DNA of 64,000 bases, taken from the NCBI GenBank assembly GCA_025786725.1, contig JAHLTZ010000006.1:558001-622000 (forward strand). Direction: 5' to 3'. Of this stretch, positions 25,405 to 37,072 are shown in pieces. This DNA comes from Syncephalis fuscata S228. Its lineage: Eukaryota > Fungi > Zoopagomycota. The notes beneath the pieces are model-generated. The model was not told the origin of the DNA. It did no database searches and was given only the letters and a program-made list of their open reading frames with translations. Each line of letters begins with the position of its first letter. Position 1 is the stretch's first letter. The position numbers and the translations under genes were made by a program.

Positions 25405-26487
25405 AATGATAAACTATTTAAAATAAAAAATATTAAAAACGGAAAGAAAAAGGCAACTCTTACCACGTAGCAACTTTAAATGCAAATGAAAACGAATGGG
25501 TAGTAAATACAAGTTGAATATTGGTTAACGTAATAAAGTAACCATACAAAGCCATATATATATATGTGTGTGTGTGTGTGTGGCTTATGCATGGCTTTTA
25601 AAAATATTCCTTGTTCATGTAAATATCCAAGAATTAAAAGGGACAAAAAAGAAAGTGATTTTTAGATTGCAGACTCAATATTATACATCTATTCTCAATG
25701 CCAATCAATCATAACTGTGTGTAACTGTGTCACCAGCGTATAAAAGCGATAGTAATTGTATAGCAACTATACTTTAATTGCTCGTCATTTGATATTAGGC
25801 TGTCGAGTTGGCATTTCATTGTCGAGTTGGCATATTGCTATCAAAAGTAAAAGGGGCATAGCAAAAAGCGGGGATGCATTTTTATGCCGAGCATTTACTT
25901 ACTAATGGCAGTGCAACAAACAGAGAAGTAGTAAAAGTGATAGAATTGACCGTATTGTTATATCTGATACTACCATTAATAATTAAATAGTCTAACAATA
26001 AACAATCCAAAAAGTAGGCAAAGCAAAAGGTGTAGGTGCGTTTCCATTAGAGTTGAACATTTACTTTGACTCCTCCATCCAAAGCAGTAAATCTTTTACG
26101 CAATCAATTATAGCGATTTAAATAGCTAACGAGTTGATTAATTGGATTGTGTTTAAATGATAATTCACAATAAATATTCATATAATGTAATAACATTATC
26201 ATTTCCATAAAATAAAATTAAATGTAGCAAAACATTGTATTAGTAATAATATTAAATATTTAAATAAAACTTACATTTGCTATTCAAACAGTCTTTTAAA
26301 AGCTTAAGCCCACCCCAAAAAATCACACTTATTACATCATATAATATGACAAGTAAAATTTATAAGAATGGCTACATATTTTTATTTAAAAGTTGTTAAT
26401 CTTTGTTGTGTATTAAATTTTGTATAAAGCTATGTTGTGCTATATTGTATTGTAGCAACTATAAATTACTATTTAGCTGATTTGTTT

Positions 26488-26602
26488 TGTATGACTTTAG
26501 TAGCTATATAAGCTGTGTTTCTTTTTTGTATTCGTAATAAGGTGATCAGGTTTATTAAGAATACTAAAGAAACATAGCCTATATGGCTACTAGAGTAATA
26601 CA
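26488..26602. repeat. Imperfect inverted repeat / hairpin (~50 bp stem, 11 nt loop)
   Basis: 26488..26540 pairs with 26552..26602; several of the mismatches are transitions. Confidence 0.8.
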
Positions 26603-28673
26603 GTAGATTGTGTTATCATGGTTGGTTCTATATACATATGATTTAAAGATGGTATATATACAAGGCGTGGTTTAGAATAGGTATGTTTACAAGTATTTTA
26701 GTTAACATTCAATAAACATTGTTGCTTATATACAAAATCTAATGCTTAAAAGTTTAGTTGGCAATTATAATATCATGTTTTATGATAATGACATTTGTTT
26801 ATGTATTGATATTCATCCTTCTTATTTTACCAGTGACATTGTTCTATGAATATACTTGTCTTTATTGTTTGTTGTTTGTCATTACAACCATTGCTTTATT
26901 AATGACATATTTTATAATTATACTTGATTTTATGCAATTGATTTTTACTCTTTCTTTATTCTACCACTTGAACAATTCCCTCATCAGCATTTCAATTTGT
27001 TTATAGTCTTTTTATGTACAATGTCGTTCAATTTATACATTGTTTATATTACATTATTTATTAATTAAATAAAAATAAGCTTTTTACATTAAACAGTTTA
27101 TTAGTCATTTAATGTTTTGTTTGATGGTCAAATGACTACATTTAATAATATTTACACTTTTAAATTAAATTTTCTTTATTATTGAACATGAAACTAGAAG
27201 TAGTTTACATTAGGGTCCAAAATACTATCATTATAGATTTATTATTCAGTATACATATATCTAGTATACATATATAGTCTACTCACCTATATCATTTCTA
27301 TTCCGTCACACACTACTATATATTATTCTACGATATATTAAACACATTCTATTGTTTATATGCTTCAATACATTTTGCTCATTCCACTCATTGTACTATA
27401 TGCACTATAACTTTAACATTGTTTTATGTATCATTCTATAATCTCATAGTCTTCCTCTATCCAAAATTGTTTTTATCTTTATTCTAGCATCATTATTAAT
27501 AAATGTCGGCTAATTACGCTTATTAATCACGTATTATACTCAATAACTTTGACATAGCTAATCTTGTTTAATATTGCGTAATCATTATAATGTCTATCAT
27601 TTTATTATATACTAGCTATACGCTGTCTATAGTCGTTGTCTGTTTGGTTCCAACTTTTTATTAATAAAATTGGAATATCGCACTTAGTTTGTTCATTGAG
27701 TTGTATTGGTATAAAAAGCAATATAAATATGAACAGAGTTATGTTTTCTTAAGATTATTTATAAATAAACTAGATCATGTCAGTTAGTTATGATTTTAAT
27801 GTTAATCAAGCAAAATGATGGGTACACATAGTGATAACACATACTGTGATGATATATGCATACTGGATAATGAATCTACAATGATGAGTATTTGATAATT
27901 GATGTCATTCACCACCCATCATCATGTTCAATAGATTGGATGTTATTTGATATTAGTCATTTGGTACTTAAATCATACTATAATGATTAATAAATTTGAT
28001 TAGATTGTATAATAATGTTGAATGACACACAATACTTTATATGGTGACGCAGTTTATTTAGCTTAATCAACAGGTAATAAAAGTTAAAAGCTAAAATGAA
28101 ATGATACATAGCATGTATACATTAACACAGCAACAATGGCTGTGGAATAATATGAAATCGCTCATATGGCTTATATTAATATTCAATTTCCCAATGTAGT
28201 ATAAAAACTAAAACAAAGCGGAGCCAAAAAATATCTATTTTTGTTAGGCGACTGGTCATATCATGACCATGTACACTAAACATTAATAGCTATATTTGTG
28301 TTATTTAGAAGCACTATAAGTATTAAAGAAATAAAAATTTAAATAAATTGACAGTACTAACTGTACAAATAGTAAAATTAGCATTTATTTCACATTGCAC
28401 ATGTATACACTTGATCGCATCCAAATTGCGTCACACTCGTGTGCAATATTAGGTTGATTATTATTTAAAGCTTCCGTTGTGATATCCACCCCTTTTGAAA
28501 CTGCTGATTAACTATACATAATAAACAACATATATAATTTTTATAGTTGATAAACGAAATAGCAACTTATGGCATTAGATTTAAACCATTTATTTATGTC
28601 TAAGTTTTAAATTTTGACATTCACAAATAAATAATAGCTGCCGCTATATGAAGAATGCCAAACAAATAGTCGG

Positions 28674-29474
28674 TTATTTTGGTGCCCCCACCAACCAGCG
28701 AATGTGCCGATAGCGACGAGCAATAGGTGGTGTTAATGCTACAGCTGCAGCCACACGCACAGGAGTTAGGATTTCATGAAGACCATACGCTATTAGCAAA
28801 AGCGAAGTCCATGTTGGATCACGTCGAGCCTTCTCCTCAAGCTCCTCCTCTATCAACTCAGCGTTTGGAGTTGTTGAGTCCTTAGACAAGTCATCAGCGG
28901 TTGATTCATCATGTTTAAAATAGTTGGGAAAATACTTGGCCATTGTTGAGTGTACCCAGTACTCTAGACGTAGTACATGATCTGCTCCAGCCAAATAAAC
29001 TCCAAGTACACAAAGAATATAGCCTGCTGTCGAAACTGCAGCATAAACAATAATACCCGTTCGACCATACTTCTTAAGCAGGTAACGAATCGATCCTGGT
29101 TTTGGCTTATTTGGCATTTTATTGTTGCCACTATTTGACGAAGCCGTTGAATATCTTTTTGCTTTGAATAAAGACGATGGTGTTTTTTGTACTGGCTGTC
29201 TCGATGTTAAAGAACGCACTTCCAACTGGCCAATCAATAATCTGTGTGAACTAAAAGCCAGTGGCTTGCTTAAACCGCACTTGCTATTATTCCTCCATAG
29301 TAATGCACGGCCCTGTACCATTTGGTGCAAGAAGCGTGCCGAGGACGGTAAAAAGCAAGTAGAACTTATCGTTATTCTACCTGTTTTCTTTATCTTCAAT
29401 TGCCGAGTCATGAATGCTTCGCCTCGTAATAAATTGCATGTATTCCATATCGTGCTACTTTGTAGAAGCCTCAT
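28674..29474 (-). CDS. DUF1279/FAM210 (yeast Nat2-like) mitochondrial membrane protein
   Basis: Basic presequence, then SIRYLLKKYGRTGIIVY...LLIAYGLHEILTPVRVAAAVALTPPIAR, typical of DUF1279. Confidence 0.85.
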   Translation of the reverse strand: MRLLQSSTIWNTCNLLRGEAFMTRQLKIKKTGRITISSTCFLPSSARFLHQMVQGRALLWRNNSKCGLSKPLAFSSHRLLIGQLEVRSLTSRQPVQKTPSSLFKAKRYSTASSNSGNNKMPNKPKPGSIRYLLKKYGRTGIIVYAAVSTAGYILCVLGVYLAGADHVLRLEYWVHSTMAKYFPNYFKHDESTADDLSKDSTTPNAELIEEELEEKARRDPTWTSLLLIAYGLHEILTPVRVAAAVALTPPIARRYRHIRWLVGAPK

Positions 29475-29861
29475 GGTTGTTACTTTCTAAATGTTAAATG
29501 CTACTGCCAAAATAATAATGATCACAATTACTGACAACAGCAGTACCAATAAGCGTGTAAAGCAAAAAAAGGATAGTAATAATAATTTGGCAAAAAGTAG
29601 AGGGTGATAAGAATGCCACGCAAGCACAATGAAGTGCAGGATTATTTTAGTAACATGTTCTATGATAACAACTTATTTTGGGGGCAAATAACTTTTTATC
29701 ATATAAATTTAAGCTTTTAGTATACTGATTAATACTGAATATATGTTCTACGATAATAAGTGTGTTTTGGTGTCAATTAATACCAGTATTAATTCGCTCA
29801 CATTAATAATATAATATATAATCTACGTCATCACATTTCCTTTCTATTTCTTCACACTCAA

Positions 29862-31937
29862 AACGACCCACATACTGCTTTTTTTCATTAACTCCGATAT
29901 GCCACCTCGGTTTCCTAAACCACTTGACGTGAAGAACGCCGTAGAAAGACGAGCAACACTTCGAATAAGATGGGAAAAGGACGCTAAGCTTTTGTTGCTC
30001 GTCATTAAGCTGATTGAGAGTGATGCCTCTAACCGAGAGCTATCAGTGCTTAGTCGTCGAATTCGTCATGAACCCGAAACGCGTTCACTTGTACCAAGTA
30101 CTGGACTAAGCCGTTGGTTGCGCAAAGAGCAATGGAAACCATTCTTTGAGATTTACTCAGTACCAGTGGATACTAAGCAAAATAAAACAGCGGATGATGA
30201 CGTCAATCCAAAGCCATTGCCACCACCATTGCCAATGCTTAAGCCACTTTATTGTCATCCAGATGCCGATTATCTTGAACAATTAAAAATAGGAAAGTTG
30301 GATCCTAACGCAAAAGGTACATAGTTTTAAGATTCAGTAATTGATGGTTTAATAATTATTGATTTGTTTATAGAAGAATTGCCGGAAGATCCCGATGCAA
30401 TACTATATACACCTGATGCAGCAGTAACAGCAAAGCAAGCACGCAAGATGAAGATACCATTCGAGCTAAAAAAAGCGATCCATCGTGATATAAATAAGCT
30501 CAACAGGGTAATGATAATATGATCAGTAGTACTACTAATTACTTAAAAGCCCATTAGGAGCTAACTTTGTCAAGAAAACGTACCAGAAGCAATCAAGATT
30601 GTGTCAAAAACCTACAAGCCATATTAAAAACGACAACATTGGAAAATTTAGAAGTAAATTTGTTTGGGTAATTGACGTGTATATTTAAACATTTAATGCA
30701 TTTTCTAATTTATCTATACGATAATCATCGATCAGTTCTTCAATCAACGGACTGTGTAGTGCAACAAGTGACATAGATCTTAGTATCACTTCTGATGAAA
30801 TTAAAGCAGTACTAGAGACAAAAGATAAGAACGCAACAAAGAATAGAGAAAAGGGGCCGATCGTTGATATCATGAATGAAATTGTGGCAGTTTTACGTAA
30901 AAGTAAGTAATTAAACAATTACGATACATTTACTGATTCGCATTTAGACAATATGCTAAACGTTACTAGTATTTCACAAGCCCGTATTCCTGTTATTAAA
31001 TTTGAACATCCACCCGAGTAAGTTATTAGACAGATAGATAGTTTTAATAGTATTAACGCATTAGCTGTCTTAGCAATCAGCCAATTGATATTGCCTTAGC
31101 TAACCAGGTGGCTATACGTAATACAGCACTGTTTCATGCTTATACAAAGGCCGATCCACGGGTACGCCCCCTTATTATGGTTATTAAATACTGGGCAAGC
31201 CGACGAGTGATTAGTGAAGCAGCCCTGAATGGCAACATAATTAACTCATATACACATGTGCTTATGATGATAGCTTATCTACAGCGTATGCGTGTTGTCC
31301 CGCCACTTCAGCGTATTTGCTGTGGCAAATTCCTTACCAAAATAATGGCTCCTAGAATGACAAATCCAAACCCTCAAAATATAAGCAATCGTGTTTGCTT
31401 GGCTTGCGGGAAATTAATGCCCGATGTGGTTATGGTCGATGGTTATAATACGTATTTTTATGAAAAAACACTTGCCGAAAAATCACCCAATCCTATGAGT
31501 GCTGCAAAACTACTTGTGGAGTTTTTCCGCTACTATGCATTCGAATTTAACTATGAAACGGAATGTGTTTCTGTACGACAAGGTACAACGATTGATCGTG
31601 AAGCAAAAGGATGGCGCGATTATGGGCCTGGTGATGGCGATAAGTCGCATGCGCTTTGTGTAGAGGATCCATTTGTGCTTGAACGCAACACAGCTGTATC
31701 GGCAAGACGCTGGACCATAGCCGGTATTCGCTGGGAGTATGAACGGGCCGCACGTGGTTTACTTAGTGGACGTGGTCTAGAGGCCGTGTGTACTCCGTGG
31801 CAAGAATGGCCTATTACACAATATGATGATATGAATATTTACGGCGATCAATAAAACATTTGTGAATACTTTATTATAAAAATAAAAATATATTTTTATT
31901 AAGATTTTAACAAATTATTGTTATTTATAATAATAAC
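29862..31937. repeat. Left arm of ~2.07 kb inverted duplication (whole TENT gene with introns)
   Basis: Reverse complement of 40765..42836, about 99% identical by eye. Confidence 0.97.
29899..31854 (+). CDS. Cid1/TENT-family terminal RNA nucleotidyltransferase, copy 1 (5 introns, ~560 aa, appears intact)
   Basis: Spliced catalytic motif LFG|SSINGLCSATSDIDLSI, then ARIPVIKF, third Asp in PIDIALAN, DPRVRPL...KYWA and INSYTHVLM. PAP-associated motif LCVEDPFVLERNTA. Confidence 0.9.
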
Positions 31938-32293
31938 ATTTTGATTCCATAATGTCTGTCAGTATTTTAGACCAAAATACTGTGATAAATAATATTATCC
32001 AAACTATTTCTATTCAAATAGTAATAAAGATAATCACAGCAACTCAATAGCCTGCAGTAAAAAATAAAATAAAAGATACTAAAAACTGAAAATATGACGT
32101 TTAAATGATAAAATATGCTTTTATTACTACTAATAGTAGTGTTTATTTTTAGATGAATATACGTAATTGTAATTATTGTATGTTCTGAATAGAATAAAGC
32201 AGTCCATTTTTGTGTCTATTTTTTTACTTGCGTTGGCTACTATCCATTCTGTCTATCAAATAATACTTTTATCACAGCTATTTTTGCACCACT

Positions 32294-34220
32294 ATGTCTT
32301 CAAATACGCATATTAGATAATTTTGGCAAAATTATGATATTCTATTGTATTTATGTCGTTTTATGGAAGGTCAAGAATTGATCCTTTTTGCTGCCAGTTG
32401 TCGATTTATGTACCAGACAATAGTTGATCAACTTGGTTATTGGGAACAAAAATATAGGCAAACATTTCCACTGTGTGATAAACGAGAACAAGAATGGCTT
32501 ACATGGCATAGCTGGCAAATTAATATTAAAACAAAATTAAAAGAACACACACCCAGTGTAATTCAGAAAAAGCAAAAACGCTCATTATCAGCTACTATTG
32601 CAACTACTGATGACAACAGTAATGAAATTATGTCATTTATTAATAATTTACCATCTGCTTTTAATTTCAATGCAACTCAATAGTTTTACGCTTATAACCG
32701 ACGCCAACAGATAGAGCGCAACTTTATGGCAGGTTGATTTAGAAAACAAATATACAAACTGCCAGTTAATCTCTTTGACTTTTTAATGATAGAAGACGTC
32801 AATCCCTGGTATGCATTAGTGCAGAGCGTGACGAGGAAGATAATATGGTTAGTTCATCATAATGTTTTTAGCAAGAAAAATGAACACAACAAAAAAGAAA
32901 TGGCATGGAAAGAACCGACTATTCCTTTACCGTCAGTTTTGTTTGACCGAATTCGCCGGTTTGTCTCTGTTTGTGGAGCACGTCGATTTGTTGTAGCTAA
33001 GGTTAATATAGATACATACAAAACATAGGGTCTGCGGATCCTGGCGATTTAGTTGGTAATTAATAGATATCAATGCTAATAAATATATTAATTATTTACT
33101 AATGACATCAACAATAGAAAGCTTGGCTGAAATGGAACAAAGGTATATTAAAGAAAAAGAAACTAAAGATTTTAATTCTTCAAATGAAAACTCTAATAGT
33201 TCTCCCTTTGTTACATCTTTGGACGAACAAGAGGCTTTTTGCCGAAGAGCTATCATAGCATACCAGCAATTTTATTTATTTGATTTAGATGAGAACCAAG
33301 GGATGGATGGTCAATATTACCCCAGCTTAATTCAAGTGCCTGTGTTCAATTTGCTTCCCGTGACCAATGCCAAATGTTAACATGGACAATAATACGCGAC
33401 ACAGTAGAATCTATCACTACTTCTGCATCTACTGCTATTCAAAAATTGCAAGTAACTGACAGCGAAAACCAGCTACTAAAGCTTCAATGGAAACTAATTG
33501 GCTTTTAAAAGAATAAATTTGAACATGAGGAAACATTGTCGGGTCAGATCACCATTCCATATTATCCAAACGCTATGATTACTGCTGAGACATATACAGA
33601 AAGAGTGTGTTTAATTACTGTATGGAATGCGCAAAGTATAGATGAAAAAACTGATTATGTAAAATCTAATGCATCACTGTCGCTGTTCGTATTTGGCAAA
33701 TCTTCAAACGATTTGCCACAATCAATATTCGATGCAAGAGATCAAGGCCAATCACTGCCAACTAGTAGTTCAGAACAAGAACGCGTATTATGGACTTGGA
33801 CTATAACCAGCAATAAGATCACAGAACTATACAGTGAAAAGCTGGCTGTTGTTCAAAATTATCGAACATTCAATGTGCTGACTGCTCTTGATGGCAATTT
33901 ATTACGTTCAATTGCGTGTTCATCCCACACAAAGCTTACACCCATTTTCAAATCATTATGCGCAATGCGTGACGAAGAACATTGTCAGTGTTGGCTTGTT
34001 GATATGCACAATGGCCGCATCTATGAACCACCAGCTTGTCTTACTAGCGAACAAACTGAAAAAGACAATGAAAATAGGCCTCAAGGTTTTATTAAATAAC
34101 ACGTTTAGTAGCTTTAAATGAAAATGTGATAGCTTGTACTTTCTTTTTTGTTTATTAAATACCATTATTGATCGAGTTGGCACGACTGACGATGATTCAT
34201 ATGAAGCATTTAGGTTATAA
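32294..34220 (+). pseudogene. F-box-family pseudogene with several in-frame stops
   Basis: F-box-like start (ILLYLCRFMEGQELILFAASCRFMY...WEQKYRQTFP) similar to 16757..18375. Interrupted by TAA in codon 9, TAG at 32681, TGA near 32735 and further stops. 3' end approximate. Confidence 0.7.
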
Positions 34221-34801
34221 ATAAAAAACACTGGTTGCAACATTTAATACAAAAAACAATAGCAAATGCTTTGAATATACAAATTAAATAATTTATTAAA
34301 TGGTAGGCAAACCATTAACATTTTAGCTAGTAGTTGATTAGTATTATATTATAATAATTGATGTAATGTTAACAAATATTGATACCAATTATCATTCCAA
34401 ACAAGTATTATAGTTATAAAATAGATATTGGCAAGTAATGCACTGTATAAAAAGCTATGTATATTATTTATCGTTAAACAATTACAATGTGCATATACAA
34501 CTGCTCAAACATAAGAACAAAAAAACACTGTAACTAATTGCCTACATATCGCTCAGTTTGACTAAGCCATGTTTATTTAATATTAAAAATAAAAACTATT
34601 TTAATACAATGCTGGATTAGAAAGTTAATTTAAATCAGACTGAATTTGTTTACTTTTGTCATCGCGTCAACTTCTCCATTTTAAACACCATTGCACTTCT
34701 TTCTTTCAGCACTCAATTGCTTTGATTGTTTGTATCCGTTTATCAAACTCCGTGTTCAATATCGTTTCTTTTACACATCTTTCTACGTTTGTTCCAAGAC
34801 G

Positions 34802-36776
34802 ATGGACTTTAGACGTAGTGTCAATCGTGCTCTTAACACAGAGTCTACAAGTGGCACAGCCGATGCTGTAATTGCTACTTCGCAAGATGCTTTAACTCGC
34901 CAGGAAAGACTTGAGAAATGGAAGGAAGAGCGCGTAGGTGAACCAACTACATATCTACTATATTCTAATAGCATTTCTATCTAGACGCGTACTGTATTAA
35001 AGCCACGAAATGATCAAAATGCAATGCCAGCAAGTCAGAATACGAATAAACCAGTAAGCATGCCATAGTCTATAGTATTTTTATTGAAACACCATTGATT
35101 ATATTATTACAGTCGGTCAAGAAAACAACCTTAAGCGTAAGTAGCCAGCGGATATTGATTATAATAAACCAAACTGTTGTTATAGAGTCGTAAATCTCGC
35201 GCTACTATGGGCCCGGCCAGCTTTGCTGCCAATAAAGCTAATCGACGTCCACTACTATGCGTCGTAGTTCAGACTTTAGTAGTAATGACGAGTATTAAAG
35301 GCACGACAAGAAACGACCATCGAACAGGTAACAAAAAAGGTTAATTGCACATAGAATATGTATTTCTAACCAATATTTACAGGAAAATAGACCGTCAATG
35401 GCCACGACAAATCCACTGCCACCATCAGCCTTTACACCCAGTCGATTTGTACCATCTTCCGAGGATGCCCTACTTATTGCACGTACACCGTCATCACCTG
35501 ACGAGTATGCCGTTGATATTGTACATAAACTACGCAGTCAAGTAGCAAAGAAAGATGCTATTATTGCACGCTTAGAGGCCAAAGTAAACAATCAGTCAAC
35601 TACTACATTTGACCAGAATATAGCTACATCTCTTCAACAGGAATTAGATCAATTGCATAGTATGGCTAAAGAGAAAGAGGCAGAGCATGAACGACGTGTG
35701 GAAACATTAGAGAAAGATATACGAGATGAATATCAATCGCGCTTATATAGTATGGAGCAAGAATTAGAGTTGGCTCACAAAGAAATTGAACAATTACGCC
35801 AAGAACGACAACAAGCCTGGCCCATGCCTGAAACGGCCATAACTCCAACCAGGCCATATTTAAAGAGATCAAGCAGTACGGTGGATATGGTTCCACGTGC
35901 CGAGTTGACGGAGGCTGTCTTTGCCCGAGAACTGGCCGAAGCCAATTTGCGAGATAATCAGGCTGAGACTCAAGAATTGCAAAACTATATAACCGAGTGT
36001 GCCAGTATGATTGAGGAAATGGCGGCGCAACAACAAGCATTAGAGACAGCCATTGAGGAAAAGTCCGAGCAGATAGACGATTTAATGAATCGCTGTATGG
36101 TGGCGGAATTCCGAGTTAATGAGGTTGATAACTTGGTCAACGAACGTGACCAGCTGCAAGAACAGTTAACCACAATACAACATGAATTAATTGATTCCAA
36201 GGTAAGTAGTCTTTAAATAAAGGCTATAGTAAATAATGGTTTTATAGTGTGGTAGAGTCACAGGAAATAGCAGTACATCCAGTAATAACCTGTCACAAAG
36301 TAAAGCATCTATTCAAACACAGACCGATAGAAAATGGAATAAGGTTCAACAGGAAATGTTAGCGCTACTTGAAGAGAATCGACAACTACGTCTTAAAGTA
36401 AGTTAATAATAACAATGAAATAAATAATAATAATAGGAGTAATCATAGGTGGAAAAGGATGCGCACACTTATCAACAAGCTGTAACGACGCTTAATAAAC
36501 AAAGGGAAACATCAGATAAGTAAGTTACATAATTCATTAATATTTTATAAACTTAGACCACTTACAATATATATATATATGTATGTCTATTTATATTGTA
36601 TTAATAGAGAATGGCAATCCATTATGGATAACACGGTATCGATGCGAGAGGAAACAATGAATTGTTTAGCTGAAAAAGTAAGAAGATGTCAAGAACTGTC
36701 AGCATTGCTTAAGGAAGCAAATGCGACCATAGAAACATTGAATCAAGTAATATCAGTTACTCAAGAATCAGTGTGA
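34802..36776 (+). CDS. Multi-exon coiled-coil protein of unknown function
   Basis: MDFRRSVN...RQERLEKWKEER, then a long Glu/Gln/Lys-rich heptad region (35398..36200). GT-AG introns. Confidence 0.7.
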
Positions 36777-36864
36777 ATTACCACACACAACAATTAGTAC
36801 ATTTTTCTTGAATTATAACATTAATATTACTTTCATAGTTACTATGTCTGTTCGTATAAAGCTA

Positions 36865-36865
<1 letters not shown>

Positions 36866-36903
<38 letters not shown>

Positions 36904-36910
36904 TATTATT
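36866..36910. repeat. (TAT)n microsatellite
   Basis: About 15 tandem ATT/TAT units seen directly. Confidence 0.9.
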
Positions 36911-37072
36911 TACATGGTTATGGTTATTATCTGATGATCTTTAATTGATTGGTGGATATTCAAGAGGATTGTTTTGATTTAGATCATTAAATAAATTGAT
37001 TAAACGAATAGATTAGATGATAACAACTATAAACCTTGTCTTTTACTATCTACTTATTCTTTATACAACACT

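Noticed and set aside
26758-27006. 82-aa hydrophobic ORF
   Set aside because: An expected by-product of T-rich sequence; TTG start and no family features.
29899-31854. cGAS/CD-NTase (CBASS-like) or retroposed copy
   Set aside because: The motifs and PAP-associated domain are Cid1/TENT-type, and both copies keep all introns, so the duplication was DNA-level.
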